From: Klebsormidium nitens | Lineage: Eukaryota; Plantae; Klebsormidiophyceae | Length of the DNA stretch: 64,000 bases | Direction of reading: 5' to 3' | Assembly: GCA_000708835.1 (NCBI GenBank) | Contig: DF237432.1 | Coordinates: 1-64,000, forward strand | Part shown: positions 48,141 through 60,800 of the stretch, in pieces | Layout: every line of letters begins with the position of its first letter | How positions within the stretch are numbered: position 1 is the stretch's first letter | Position numbers and translations under genes: made by a program | Notes under the pieces: model-generated | The model's input: the letters and a program-made list of their open reading frames with translations, nothing else | Told to the model about the DNA's origin: nothing | Databases searched by the model: none

Positions 48141-48862
48141 GTTGCTGCTGACTCAACCACAATAAGATAGTCTGGGGGAGGATGCAGACGAGGAAGCCAC
48201 CCTGGACAATCTACCTAAGGGCAGGGGGCGCCCCTGGCTTAGCTAGACAGGACAAGGGCGCCCTCCTCAACACGGAACTTTCAAGGTGAATGTCAAATGA
48301 CAAGACGGCAGTAATTAAAATGGCGATGGACCTGCACTGTGCAGGCTGCGCACACTGCACAGCTCCTTGCAAAGGCCCCGGTACCGTACCTTGATCTGAA
48401 CTGAGGCCCCAGGAGGTAACGCACCGATAATGGTTTTCGCAGGGTTTACTAATCTGTGACGACGCTCCAGCATTACCGATTGCCTAGTACCTCTCATGCT
48501 CGACTGCCCGGTCTCGATTCTGCCTGGCCCCACAAGCCCTGCATGGTGCATTCAACAATCCCTCAACATTCAATTTCAAGGGAAAGGACAGATGGGATGG
48601 TTAGATGAGATTAAATGTCACAGAAGCAAGCGCTTGTGTTTCTGAGGTTCTGGAGTATCTAGCCTCTTCTCGCCGGAATGCCTTCATGCTGTAGATGTGA
48701 AGATGAACGAGGCCGAGCGGGCAAGAAAGACGGCCGAGCGATTCCCCTGTTAGCAGACTGATCAGTGTATGTAGCTTCAAGGAAGTTCTGACAGCATATC
48801 AGCAAAGGGGCTGACTTTGGAGCTGCACCACCTCCTGCTTGTACTTTCCACCACCATCGCTG

Positions 48863-51800
48863 ATGGCCACACCGGTCGCTTCTGCCCCCTGGGCCGCCAC
48901 CTGGCAGCTGAATGCAGGAGCATCGCCTCACCCCGGAGACACCAACCTTCATACCACCGGGCCATCAGCAGAGAATGGAACCGGCCTCTATCCGCAGATG
49001 AATGCTGATAGTGCCTTGGGAAACAGGGGCCTCGGCGCAATTGAGGGGGAAGAGCTCAGGACGATTGTTGAGACAGTGGAAAAGATGCAGGCAAAAGATC
49101 CGGAGAAAGCACAGGAGGCGGTCTCCTACTGCAGAAAGGGCTTGGAGGGGGATGAAAAGGGCGAACGCCTTCGAATGCTGGCAAACATGTCTGCGGAGTG
49201 GACGGAGGTCTTTCATGCCTGGGAGGTGCATCATGGGGTGAGTCGGAGTACAGCATTGCAGTCTGCAACAGGTCCCTTTCATTCCTTAGAAAGCCTTTGG
49301 TGAAGCGTCGCTTGCCATGGCCGAAGGAGATTCAAGGTTTTGATGATTCAAATGTCCCTCGTTCACATCTTGAAACTTTGATTGGGTTTGCAGACTGATG
49401 TGTAGGTGAAGAATAGACGTTAAGCTCAGGAACAGATGAATGATCTTTCTGCCTCGAGGGGCCAGCCCGTCATGTTTTGCGGCCTTGATACAATTGCGAC
49501 GATCTGCCAGCTTGTTGAAGAGGTCATTCTGATACTATCAAGTACATAAATTTACTGTCAAGTACATATATTTTGTTCCCACCACACTCATTGTGGTGGT
49601 GTCCTTGATTCAACGACCACATTATGCGCTGTTGACAATCGCTGTACCTCTTCGTACTTCTTGTCGCTGTAAACGCATGGCAAAATCTGCCTTCCACTGC
49701 AACTGAACAGTCGCTCATTGAGTGACCATGTTCGCATAACCTCATTCTGGGAGAGTCCTGGTTTCTTTGGCAGAATTGCCGCAGTCCTTTTGACACACAC
49801 TAAAAGACTCTCTCCTGACACATATCAACTACCCTGTCTGCTCTCAGGCTGGCAACCACAAGGTGTGTCAACAGCTGCTGCTCTTTGTGGCGGACCTGCT
49901 GCGGCACCCGCTAGGAACATCAGCGCACCTGAAGCAGTCGCCGCTCAAGGACCCCTCTCGAGAAGAGGCGGCCGTCGTACACTTGCGCTTGGACGGACTG
50001 GCACGCAATGTGAGGTCTCATTCCGCATCCTCTTTCTTCCCGCGCTCGCAAGTGCGGTGTTCAATTCCTGTCGTCCTGTTCAATTTACTGGTCAAGCAGG
50101 CTCCTCTTCACTTTGCGGGGATCCGTCTCTGCGAACACACGACTTTGTTACAAGTCATCATCAGCTTGAATGTTCGATATTCAGAAGAAGAGACAAATAT
50201 AGTCTGCATACATACATTGAGGTTTGGTCATCCCTGTTCTAGCTGCGGCCTGGCGCGCGCGGTCAATCGACGGCTTCTTGATGTGTCGATCATGAAGTCT
50301 TAAAGATAATAGCTGCCCTTTGATTATATGCAATCTGGTTTCCACAACGCGCAAAGGGCGCTACGAAGTTTCCCCATCCCGCGCATAGCCAGAATGAACT
50401 CTGGTGCGGTGATCCTGGTTCATCTCGGAGTCGAGTAATCACTCTTTATTGAGAAAGTACCAAGAGGAAGCTTTTGCATGTGATACTAAGATTTGTGAAA
50501 GGGCTCATGGAGAAGCTTAACAGTCGCCAGACCTGCCGTCAGCGCGGGCGCAGCAATCTCCCAGCAGTTCTACTTTGTGCTCCGCCCGCCTTTCAAAAAG
50601 TGTGGGCACTCTCTGAGTTTCGAAGGTTCTATGTTTGTGAGATTTTTACCTTATAGATTGTGAAAGAGCACATCAAGGAGATTAATAGCCAGCCCAAACA
50701 TGCAACGCCTTAACATACCCCAACAAGTTCAAGGTTCTGACATGTGAGAGTTGAGGTCTTGCTTTGTTTGTTGCAGATTGTGAGGAAGCGCATGAAGCAG
50801 GTGTACGGCCACCTTACCTCCGGCCAGCGCGGCCGCGCCAACGCGTGCCTCATGCTGCTGACCGCAATCAACGGGCGCGGCAAGTCGCTCTCGGGGGAGC
50901 TCGTCGGAACCTTTGATTTTACTCTGGCGAGCCTGGCGAAGCTGGCGGCGCCTCCGAAGCAGACAGGGAAGGGCGAACGAGAGGGGGGAAACAATCCGGA
51001 GAAGCGGAGCACCAGGGCGGTGTTTACGGAGTTTGCGCTGTCGTTCATACTGGTAAGAGCAGGGATTTGACACTGATTTTGCACGGACAACCGGCGCGGA
51101 CAAACGGGCTTGCTTGGTTTACCTCCGACTCCGCAGCATGATCCTTTTCCAGCCCTGGAACCCCTTCACTTAGGACAGCAGACTTTTGCCAATTCAATGT
51201 GCGCTACGCCGCTGAGAACCGCAACAATGATCAGTCTCCTCCGCCGAGTTCAGCAACTTTGTATGTTGGATTGTTCTGGGACGACCTCTTGAGTGCTAGA
51301 GGGGTCGTCAACGAAGCGCATTCAGTGTCTCCGCTCTACCGCCGAGTTGAATGCCGAGAAAGTCAAGCCGGCGACGCTTTCCTCTTCCCAGGTGGGGGAC
51401 CCCCTGACCACGCGCTCTGCCCTCCAGAAGCGGAGCCTTTTCACACCGGTCCTCCACAACCTGTACGGCGACTCTGCGGAGCAGATCGCCCGGGTGCTCT
51501 CCGCCATTCAGGCGCACGTCCTGCCAGAGACTGCCGGGGTCCCGGCCAGACTCCAGGTGCGTATTTACACCATGCGCAAGCACCTCGGTGATTCTCAGCG
51601 CCTCGCATCCGTTCAGAGCACAGCTTGTAAGCTGAGAAATAGCCTTTCGACAACGGTCAATTTGGCCAGATCCTTCCAACTTCTAATGTTGCACAGTTTT
51701 GTTTCGTATGGCGGAATTGCTGTGATCCGCTTTTGTCGCTCTACATGGGCCGGCCCTTTTCAGAGGTACGCCGGTTGTCAGAGCCGCATGTGACCACGTG

Positions 51801-54800
51801 GCCCAAGCTGGGGACAACAAGGCCTTGTTTGAGGACTGTTCGATTGACTACCAAGTGCTCAATCCCTCTCAGCTCGACAATTCTCTCAGAGCTCTAAACT
51901 CAGTAATTGAGATCGTGCACTCTCTTTACTTTTGCTACCGAAATCGTTCTTTCCCGCACAGCTCAAGATTATGCTTCCGTACAAAACACTTCTCCACCTC
52001 TGATTTCTGCAGGGTGCACAGCTCAAGATTATGCTTCCCTACAAAACATTATTCCGTCTCTGAATTTTTGCAGGGCGTCTTCTTTGGCGACATCGCCCTC
52101 GAGCAGCTCATCAACATCGCGGCCTTCGACGACAGCCCCGACACGGGTGACGTCAGCCTAGCCCGCCCCGCCTCGCTAGCGCACGACGTGCTGCTGTGGG
52201 TTTTCTCCGACCCCGCGCATGGCGTCTGCCCCGCAGCACAGGTTGCAGGTGGGGCTTGACTTCTTCGCCTCAGCCCGTTTGCGTGACGTTTCTCGGCATG
52301 GAGTACGTGTCTCAGTGTTCAATATAGAGCTTTCAGCTCCGCTTCTTCAAATGTTTACTTTCAAAGAGGAACGACGGTTGATAGAGCGCCGGCTGCTGCG
52401 TGCATTTTGAAACTCTTGATGCGACGGAAACCCATTTTTTTTTCTTATCCGCCCACAGAACAGTGTTAGTGGTTTCTTTTGAAATCTGGTTTTGAAAGGA
52501 CAATCTCGCAGATTTGTTTGTCCGCTTCGGCAAGGAAGAAATGCAAGCGGGCCAAACACAGGCGGCTGCCGCGCACTTTTGAAGCTCAAAGCGCAATCCG
52601 TTTCCGCTTCCTTCTTTCTTAGAGCACGCCTTGAAAATGGCACGGTTTGAGAAATGCACCCTGACTTCTGGTTCTTTGTCACGATTTTTGCAGGGAAGAA
52701 GAGCAAAGACGCGGCCTCACAGGGGCGGCTGCTGCGCGCGCTGTTGAAGCTCAAGGCCACCGAAGTGCAGCGGCACTCGGACCTTCTCATCGGTGCGACC
52801 AAGGAGCAGCCCGCCGTCGCGGCAGCGTACCTGGCCGCGTTCCCGTACTCACTGGAGCCGCGGACGTCCGATCGCTGGTGAGCGTCTTTGTCCATAGTCA
52901 GGGCCGCGGACGTTCGATCCTGGTCCGCGTTTATGTCCATTTTTGAGAGCTGCGGACGTCCGACCGCTGGTGAGCGCTTATATCCGCACTCGCTAGAGCC
53001 GCGGACGTCCGACCGCTGGTGAGCGTTTATGTCCGTACTCGCTGGAGTCGCGGACGTCCGACCGCTGGTGAGCTTTCGATTCGCAAGGAGTAAGAACGGT
53101 TGAGGAGAGCGCGTGTAGCCCGCGAAACCGCAAGGGGTCTCGGGACGCGTCTGTTGGAAGCATTGCTTGTTTGATTGATATACGAAGGCTTCCGTTTTAC
53201 CGCGTACACAGTGTGGGGGGCCTTGAATAAGGACCTGCGTGCTTGCCAATTTGAGTACAAGACTTCGTTTGGGCCCATTATTACAGATTGTGCGGTCCTG
53301 GCAAAGGTATGCTTTTGTCGTCGAAAGGACTTTAACTTAGCTCTGTAGTTCTCTAAGTTTTTCACATATACCCGTGTCAGTTGAACGCTTTGTCGCGAGC
53401 GCTAGCGTACGTAGTGACTGGACCCTTCCTAATCAGGAGAAATGCGCCTGCAGATGGTCAGAGTGACCCAAACAGAAGAGGCAATCTGACAAAATCTTAA
53501 AAATGACTAGCCCGCTTTCCCTAAAACATGCAACGATTTAAAGCGTCTGTCTGTGACCCTTTTGCTCATTTCCCGAGCCAAAGTCCTGGTTATCATCTCA
53601 CACCAAAGCGAGAAGTCCATCTCACCACCCGTTTCGCGCAGGTTTGCAGCCATGACCCTCCTTCGCAAACTCGTTGCATTCGCCTCCCGGGAGGGACTCT
53701 CGGCCGACCATAGCGCTCTAACAGTGAAGGCGCTCCTGACCCGGATCGTTACTCCCGCTTTGCCCCGGGCTGTTCTAAGCCGAGCGCTCCAGCATCGCAG
53801 CACTTCGATCAAGGTAAGCCGCCTACAGTACTCTCGTCAAGTTTGACGCCAAATGATTACTTTTGAAACGTCTGAGGAGCTCGGCAGACCCAATGTTACC
53901 TGCTAAACAGTACCATTATCGGTCCATTACTGCTTGAGACATATCTCTGGAATTTCAGCAGGCCAATCAATCTGCCGACGAAGTCAAACGCTGTTACGAA
54001 TTCTGCAACTTCAGGGTTTTCGTGTCATTGGAAATCTGGTGCATGCTTATACTTGGACGGAGTCCTAAGCAGAGCGCTCCAGAATCGCAGCACTTCAGTC
54101 GAGGTAAGCCGCGTATTCTGCAACTTCAGGATTCTCGTGTTATTGGAAAGTTGGTGCTTGCGGATACATGAGCGGAGTCCTAAGCCGAGCGCTCTAGCAT
54201 CGCAGCACTTCGACTAAGGTAAGCCGCGAAGCTTGCAACCTCAGGGTTCTCGTGTCGCTGAGTGATGATAGCGGGTTCTTTGAAACGACATGAAACAAAA
54301 ACAGTTGATTCTAAGGGACAGACATTGCGAATAGGATGTCATTCCGCACACGTAGTGCCCAATCACGACGATCACTAATTCGATGACGACTTGAATGGGA
54401 AGAGGACACTGCAGCGGTCAAAATCGGGCTTCGCATGAAAGGGTGAAGCTCCTATCGTCAGGATTCCCTCGATACTGCTTGGTCGACATCATTGTGTTTC
54501 GCTAACCAACCGAGCATAGAAGGTCTTGTACCAGTAGGCGCTGTATCAAGAAATGCAGGTGTGAGGAGCTTTCCATCGACGCCGATCGAAGACTTTCGTT
54601 TCGTTTCTTTTCTGGAAACAATTTGTCTTCCTTTCTGTTGCCAGTTAAGCGAAGATGGGGTTGACGCTAACCGAAACTTTGTTTGTAACAGTTCGTCTTG
54701 CTGGCCGTTCTCTCCTCCGTCCTGGCGTCCCTCCACTCCGCGCAGTCGCAGCTCAAAGCGACCGGTTCACCGATTCTCAACGAACTCGCCGACGGGGCCC

Positions 54801-57800
54801 GGCTGCTCCTGCCAGACCCGCAGATACTTTTGGCGCTCAACACCACAATCGAGAAAGGGGACGCCGGTCGCACGGGCGGCAAACCGGAGGGTTTAGAAGA
54901 GGGTTTGGAGGAGGACGAGACCGAAGAAAGCGTGTCTACGGAAGAATTGCACCTGAAGCTGTTGGAGGTTCTGGCGGGCTATCAGGTTCGTGAATCAAAG
55001 CGAAACGACTACTTCGTTTGTTTCTTCGTTTATTGGTGCTGTTTGGAGGTCAGTGCCCATGATGGGTTTGGTTGCGTTCGCCTGCTCGTCAATATTCTTT
55101 AGGAGCTCAACGAGCATATTGGGCCAGCGTGTTCGATCGCAATCTGTATCATTAGAAAGGGTGCAATGTGTCTTGAGCGGGTCATTCAGACAGTTCTGGA
55201 GCATTCGCGTCAGGGTGGCAACAGGATCTGGATCGGATGGCCATTGCGTTACCCACTCTTCGTTTCTGCTTCTGCATTCATATCCCGCGATCTTTTCGAG
55301 GAGCTGCGCAAATCGCTTACACCAGTCTGACACAATACTCCTTTACATCTCAGTAAGTTTCCCCGACACTGAAGGCTGGTACCTTTGTGCAGCGGTCTCT
55401 CCCGGACGCCCTCGCCGCCTGCCGCTTCAACCCGTACAAACTTCTCCCGGACAACCCGGCCCAGCTGCCACGTGGCAAGCAGGCAGCGCTCCTGGAGCTC
55501 CTCGCGGCCGCCTCCGAAGCTGCGGGAGCGGATTCCGCCGCCGTTCCGTCCGGCGCGAGCCCGCAGCTGCTTCCGCTGCTGAGAGAGATGCTGGGGGGCA
55601 CTACTGAGGAGTTGCGCGAGAAGGTATGCTGGGACTCTCTGTACTTCTTGGTAGAGGGAAAAGTGTTCCGGTTTGATCCTTGGAGTTGAAGGTTTGCTTT
55701 TCGGGGGGCAACAACCGTCACGACCAGGTGTTTTTGTGGGTCTGGACGTCCTTCTTCGAAACGCGAAGGAATAAAGAATGTACTTGAATTCTGAAGTGTG
55801 AGGAACGTTTGAGGTCCGGCGTCACTTTGACAAAGACGAGAATCGTCATATTTGCAGTTCTGGATAGTATTGGAGACGCCGTTTGAGGATCAGATCCCCT
55901 GCAGAGATTGAAGTATCCGTCAAAAACTATGAAGTATTGTCAGACAGGATGACAGAGTGACGAGGGCTGTTTCTATGTGGATCCTCGTTCCACTTGTTCC
56001 GCTTCCTGAAGTACCAAACATAGTCTTGAGCGTCGTAAGTCTTCTAAGAACTGTTCAGTAGCGGACGTCGAGGGCCTGCTGCATGTTACTCCGCTTCTGA
56101 GCACATCCACTTTTCTTTGAATTCTGGTCTGACGAGTTCGGCCTTCATATATTTCGCAGGCCGAAGCCTTGGCGCATCAAAGCCTGATGGCCTCCGGCGT
56201 CTTCTCCCACCAACTGGAGGTCGCCACGTGGCTCGAACTCCTTCCACGCTGGGACGCAAGCTCCGAGGGGCGCCCCTCCTTCAGCCTCTCCGACTCCGTC
56301 GCCGGTTTCTTCGCTGATGCATTCTTCGCCGTCAGCAAGAACCCTTATAGATTCTTGGAACGCATTCAATCGGCGCTTTCTGCGCATACCCTTCTAGAGG
56401 TTCCGGAGGAGAAGAACGGTCCGAACCAGCGAATTAAAGCTCCAGTTGGGTGGGAAACGATGCCGCCTCAAGCTGGCTCGTCCGGTCGGGGGGAACGAGA
56501 AGTTCTTGCGAGGGGGTGCAGTTCTGGCCCTGAGTTTGGCCCCCTGGTCGTGTGCGCGATCGAAAAGTGCCTCAAGGTCTTGGCAGCCGGTCAGTCGGAG
56601 GGGGACAGAAAGGGGTCAGCGGGGAAACCCGGCGGTTTGGGGCTGCTTAGGAAGACGGGCATCGCTGCTTACGTGGCGGGGTCGCTGAGGCGGCTGCTAG
56701 AAGTGCAGCGCAATCCGAGGACGCTTGCAGTTGTGGTAGTGGATCTGTTGGCGGAAATCAGTGAGGTAAGTTTAAAGGGCTCGCTTAGTCGGTGATCTTC
56801 TCCGTTCTGTCACGGCAGTTGTCAGGGACGTTGGTTTCAATCTCATGCCGACCGATTGCAGCTGGGAATCTGGTAGAGAGAGCCAACTTCGACTATGCTG
56901 CTGTCTATATACAATGTGGAAGTTCATTTTTGGGATCGGGTTGCTTCTCGACTTGTTCCATGTATTGTGCGGGTTGTGGAGTGCCTGCTTCGGAACGCTC
57001 ATGGGATGCCGTCCTTCTGGGCCCGAGCACAATACAATGTGAAGATCATTGACTGACTTTTGCTAAGCACCTGAGGCGTAGTTAGGTCTAGAGTCTGGTT
57101 ACCTGTGCGTTAAACGCAGTCACAGCAACACGTTCCCAGACTCCTTTAAGCTTCAAAAATGTGGGATTAGATGCATATGGAAATTGAAAGTGACCCCCTT
57201 TCTGGTACCCTTTTGCTGCAATCTCCCAGTTGACCAGACGCCCCGCCCTAAAAAGCCATGATTTGAAACCCCTCATCTTTCTGCAGGAAGAGGCCTCCGC
57301 CTGCGAGTGGGCGCCTCTGTTCTCGCTTCGGACAGCTGCTCAAACCATCCTCACCGGACCGTCCGAAACCCTAACTTCCTTTGCAAACCCTTTGCAAACC
57401 CCTTCTACCGCCCTCGACGAGGCGATCGAAGACTACGCTTCGGGGGATCCCTCGGACCGTCCAGCCCTGGCACGTGCCCTGGGGTACGCCCTGCTGACGT
57501 CACCCCCGGGCGAGGTGGCCCGCACACTCCCCGAGCTGACGTCAGCTTTTTGCGGGGCCGGGATGGAAACGACGGAAGCGGCGAGGGCGATCGGGGGGGG
57601 CGTTTTGCAGGATCTCGTCAAGACCGATCCCGGGCTGCTTTCGTCGGCGGCGCGGTGCAGTCCTGAGGCGTTTCGAAAGGCACTGAAAATACTAGAGGAG
57701 GCTAGTGAGATTGCGGAGGTGAAGGGAGCGGACAGACGAACGGAGGCGCAACATAATTCCCTAGCGAGCTTCCTGTCGACCGTTCCGTTTTCCGCTCTTC

Positions 57801-60800
57801 TCTCTCCAGTGTGCGGAGTTCCCCCCCATCCTGAAAGCCCGTCAGCCGCTTCCGTTCTTTCCCTCGAAACCCCCGGTGTGAAGACGCTCCTCGGGAATCT
57901 CCTCAAGCCCCTCACAGCCATCCAGCGCGCGACAGCTGTCCGCGTGCTCCTGCACCACTTGCATTCATCATTAGTAAATGAGGATAATCTCCAAACCCTT
58001 ACTTCTGGTGTGGACACTCTCTTTGGCCTTCTTAGACAAGCCGTATTCACACCCCCCGTCAACCGGGATCTCTCCTTAGCCCAGCCTGAGACGGTGGTTC
58101 AAGCTTTCACCGATCCAGCCCTCGCCGTAGATGCGCTCCAGCACCCCGCGCTCTCCACGCGCTTTCTACGCCAGCATGACGTCACGGGAGCCGCGGAAGT
58201 AAACTGCAGGATTGCGGACCTCGTACGTGATCTGCTCTTGGCGGCGCATCCTGACAGCGTGGCATTTGGCGCGGCGGGGAGCTTTGCAGAATCCGAACCG
58301 ACTGTTCATAAGGAATCGGGAGCGGGGCTCAGTGACGTCAGCAGGGAATCGCTCGAGCGAGCGTGTTCACCGTACGTGGAAAGGGCAGTGGTGCAAGTGG
58401 AGAAGCGGCTGAGGAAAGACGCAAGTGACGAGGTGAGCGGAGCAAGCAAAGTTTTCTGTTGCTTCTGTCAACGTGCATAGTGTGCGACATCTGAAGTCTG
58501 GTTTTCTGGGTCAAAGCTTTTGCTCAAATGTGGGCAAGCGTTTGACTGGCTTGGTTTTCGGTCTTGCGATCTCCTGCAGTCTGATCAAGAGATCATCGCA
58601 AATCTATCAAAATGCATTCCTTGCGACATCCAAAGTTTGAGGGACGGGGACATCACTCTGAACAGCGAAAACAACGATGGACGTCAGCAAAAGTATCAAG
58701 TCTGACGTCACCACTGCGTGCAGGGCTTGGAGGCCGCCATCAAGCTTGTCCCCTTCGGCGAAACCACCTCCCTGCTCCGCCTGCTAGACCTTCTTTTGCC
58801 GCCACTCGCACAAACACCCCAAATCCTCCAAAATCCCGAGCTGCGACTGCCCCTAGTCCCGCACAGAAGCCGCGCATCGGACGCGCTCAAAACCCCCGCT
58901 CTCCGGCGGCTAACTCTCCAGCTCGCAAGCAAAGTCTTGTCGGAGCCGCCAAGGGCCCTGACGTTAGACGTTTCGGTGACGTCAGCAAAGGGCGCCATTG
59001 GCGCGGAGACTGGCGTCGGGGTGGCGAAGTTCCGGGAAGTGTACCGGAGGGTCGCTGACCCTGCAGTCGCGGACGGGAGACCGGACGGAATGGACGGAAC
59101 GAGCGGAACGGACGGAATGGACGAGTGCCTCCTCGCGGCTCTGCGTAGCACTGAGCGGGCGTTGTTGGAAACGGCTTATAGAACCGTTGGCGTTCCTCTG
59201 TCCGGTACGGTCCCGTCATCGTCCGGAGACCGTCCAAATGGACCGCTTTCCATTGGCCGTCCGATGGGCTCCGCATCTCAACACCGTCCGATCGATTCGG
59301 ACGCCCACTCGCAAACCGGGGGCCTTCTTCTTCTCAACGACTTGGCGAAGGCGACCCCGACGGCCCTGGTTCGGACGTACGTGGAGCAGCCCTCGGAAAC
59401 TAGAGCGGAGATTCTGCGCGTTCTTGTGCGGCACAGTACAGAGCACCGGGCGGAGTTTGGAGCGCAGCTGAGCAGGCTGTTAGGCGACACTTCGGCTGAG
59501 AACAAGCTGCTTCTGGTCGCCCCTGTCGAGGAGTATCTGCGCGAGGCGACGAGCAAAGATTCTGCGGAATCCGGAGAAGAGGAAGGAGCGGCAAGTTTAC
59601 GGGGGCCGGAAACGGAACGTTCAGGCGATGCAGTGACCGTTGCGAAGCTCTTCCTGGGTCTGGTGACAGAGTATCTTGTAAACCCTGGGTCAGACCTCAC
59701 AGAGGACGCCTTGAAAGGCGGGTTAAGAGGGAGTTCTGGGTTAGAGGGGCCAGGCACGGCGCTCAACGGCGGCACGAAAAACCGGAGAGGGGCCAAGCGG
59801 AAAGCGGAAGCCGGAACGCTGTCTTCGGAAGGGCTTGAAACGGGCAGAGGAGATGCTGCTGAAGAGAAGGAAAGGACGGCAAAGAAGCGGAAAACGGACG
59901 GGCTTGAAGCACAGGCCGCGAAAGGCCCTGGGAACGGGACACGTGTCCTGGAAAGTGAGGAGTCGGAAGTTGTGGGGACAGCGGAGCCGATCGGGAACGG
60001 AGTGGAGCTGTTCCGCTGCTGTTCCGCTCTGGTTCCGGTCTCGACGAAGGAACGGAGTCGGCTACTACGGAAACTGCTGCCAAAGGGTGGGTGGAGAGTC
60101 GAAGGGCCAGAAGCTCTCACTGCCCCGAGCCGATCGAAAGAGAACGGTTCAGCAAGTTCGGGTGCGGAAGAGCACGACAGTGGGACGCAGTTTAGAATCC
60201 GTTCAGTGCATTGCTTGCAGCAGGCAGCAGCTGTGGCGAGGCTACTGATTCTAAACACGGGCGAGGTAGAAGAAAGAGTAGAAAGCGGACCGAACAAAAC
60301 GGAGGAAGCACCCACGTCTTCAGACGTTCAAATCCACTCTAAACACCTGCGCAGATACGCCCAGACCCTGATGACGTCACTGGCCGGTCTGCACCGGTCA
60401 CAAGGGGGTTCTGGAGGGGAAACCGAGCGGGTTAAATCGCGGTTAGAGGAAGGGCTACTGGCTTTGCTGGCAGAGGCGGCGGGTAATGTTTCAGGGTTAA
60501 CGGACAAGTTTGCGGCAGCGGTCGCGAGCTTCGTGGAGTCTGTGCTGAGGTGGCGGTTTGCGGACGTGGTGAGCTTAACCGTGGCCCGGTTACTGCTGGC
60601 CGCGGTCGGAGAAAGCACGGACAAATCGGCTTTAGAAAGTCGGTTAGCGGAAATTGCAGAGGATGGTGTTACCCCAATGGAGGCGGGACAGACGACAGCG
60701 GACGACGGCGTCGCAAACGGTGTCAAAGGCGGGGGTGTCTCCGGCGACCAGTCAGTATCTGACAGCCAAAAGGTCGCCGAGATGGGGGCCAGGCTCTTCG

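Noticed and set aside
52846-53075. Regular ~30-nt repeats with short variable gaps, superficially like a CRISPR array
   Set aside because: The repeat is the URB1 exon end plus donor, the gaps are related to each other rather than unique, there are no cas genes, and the context is a eukaryotic intron.
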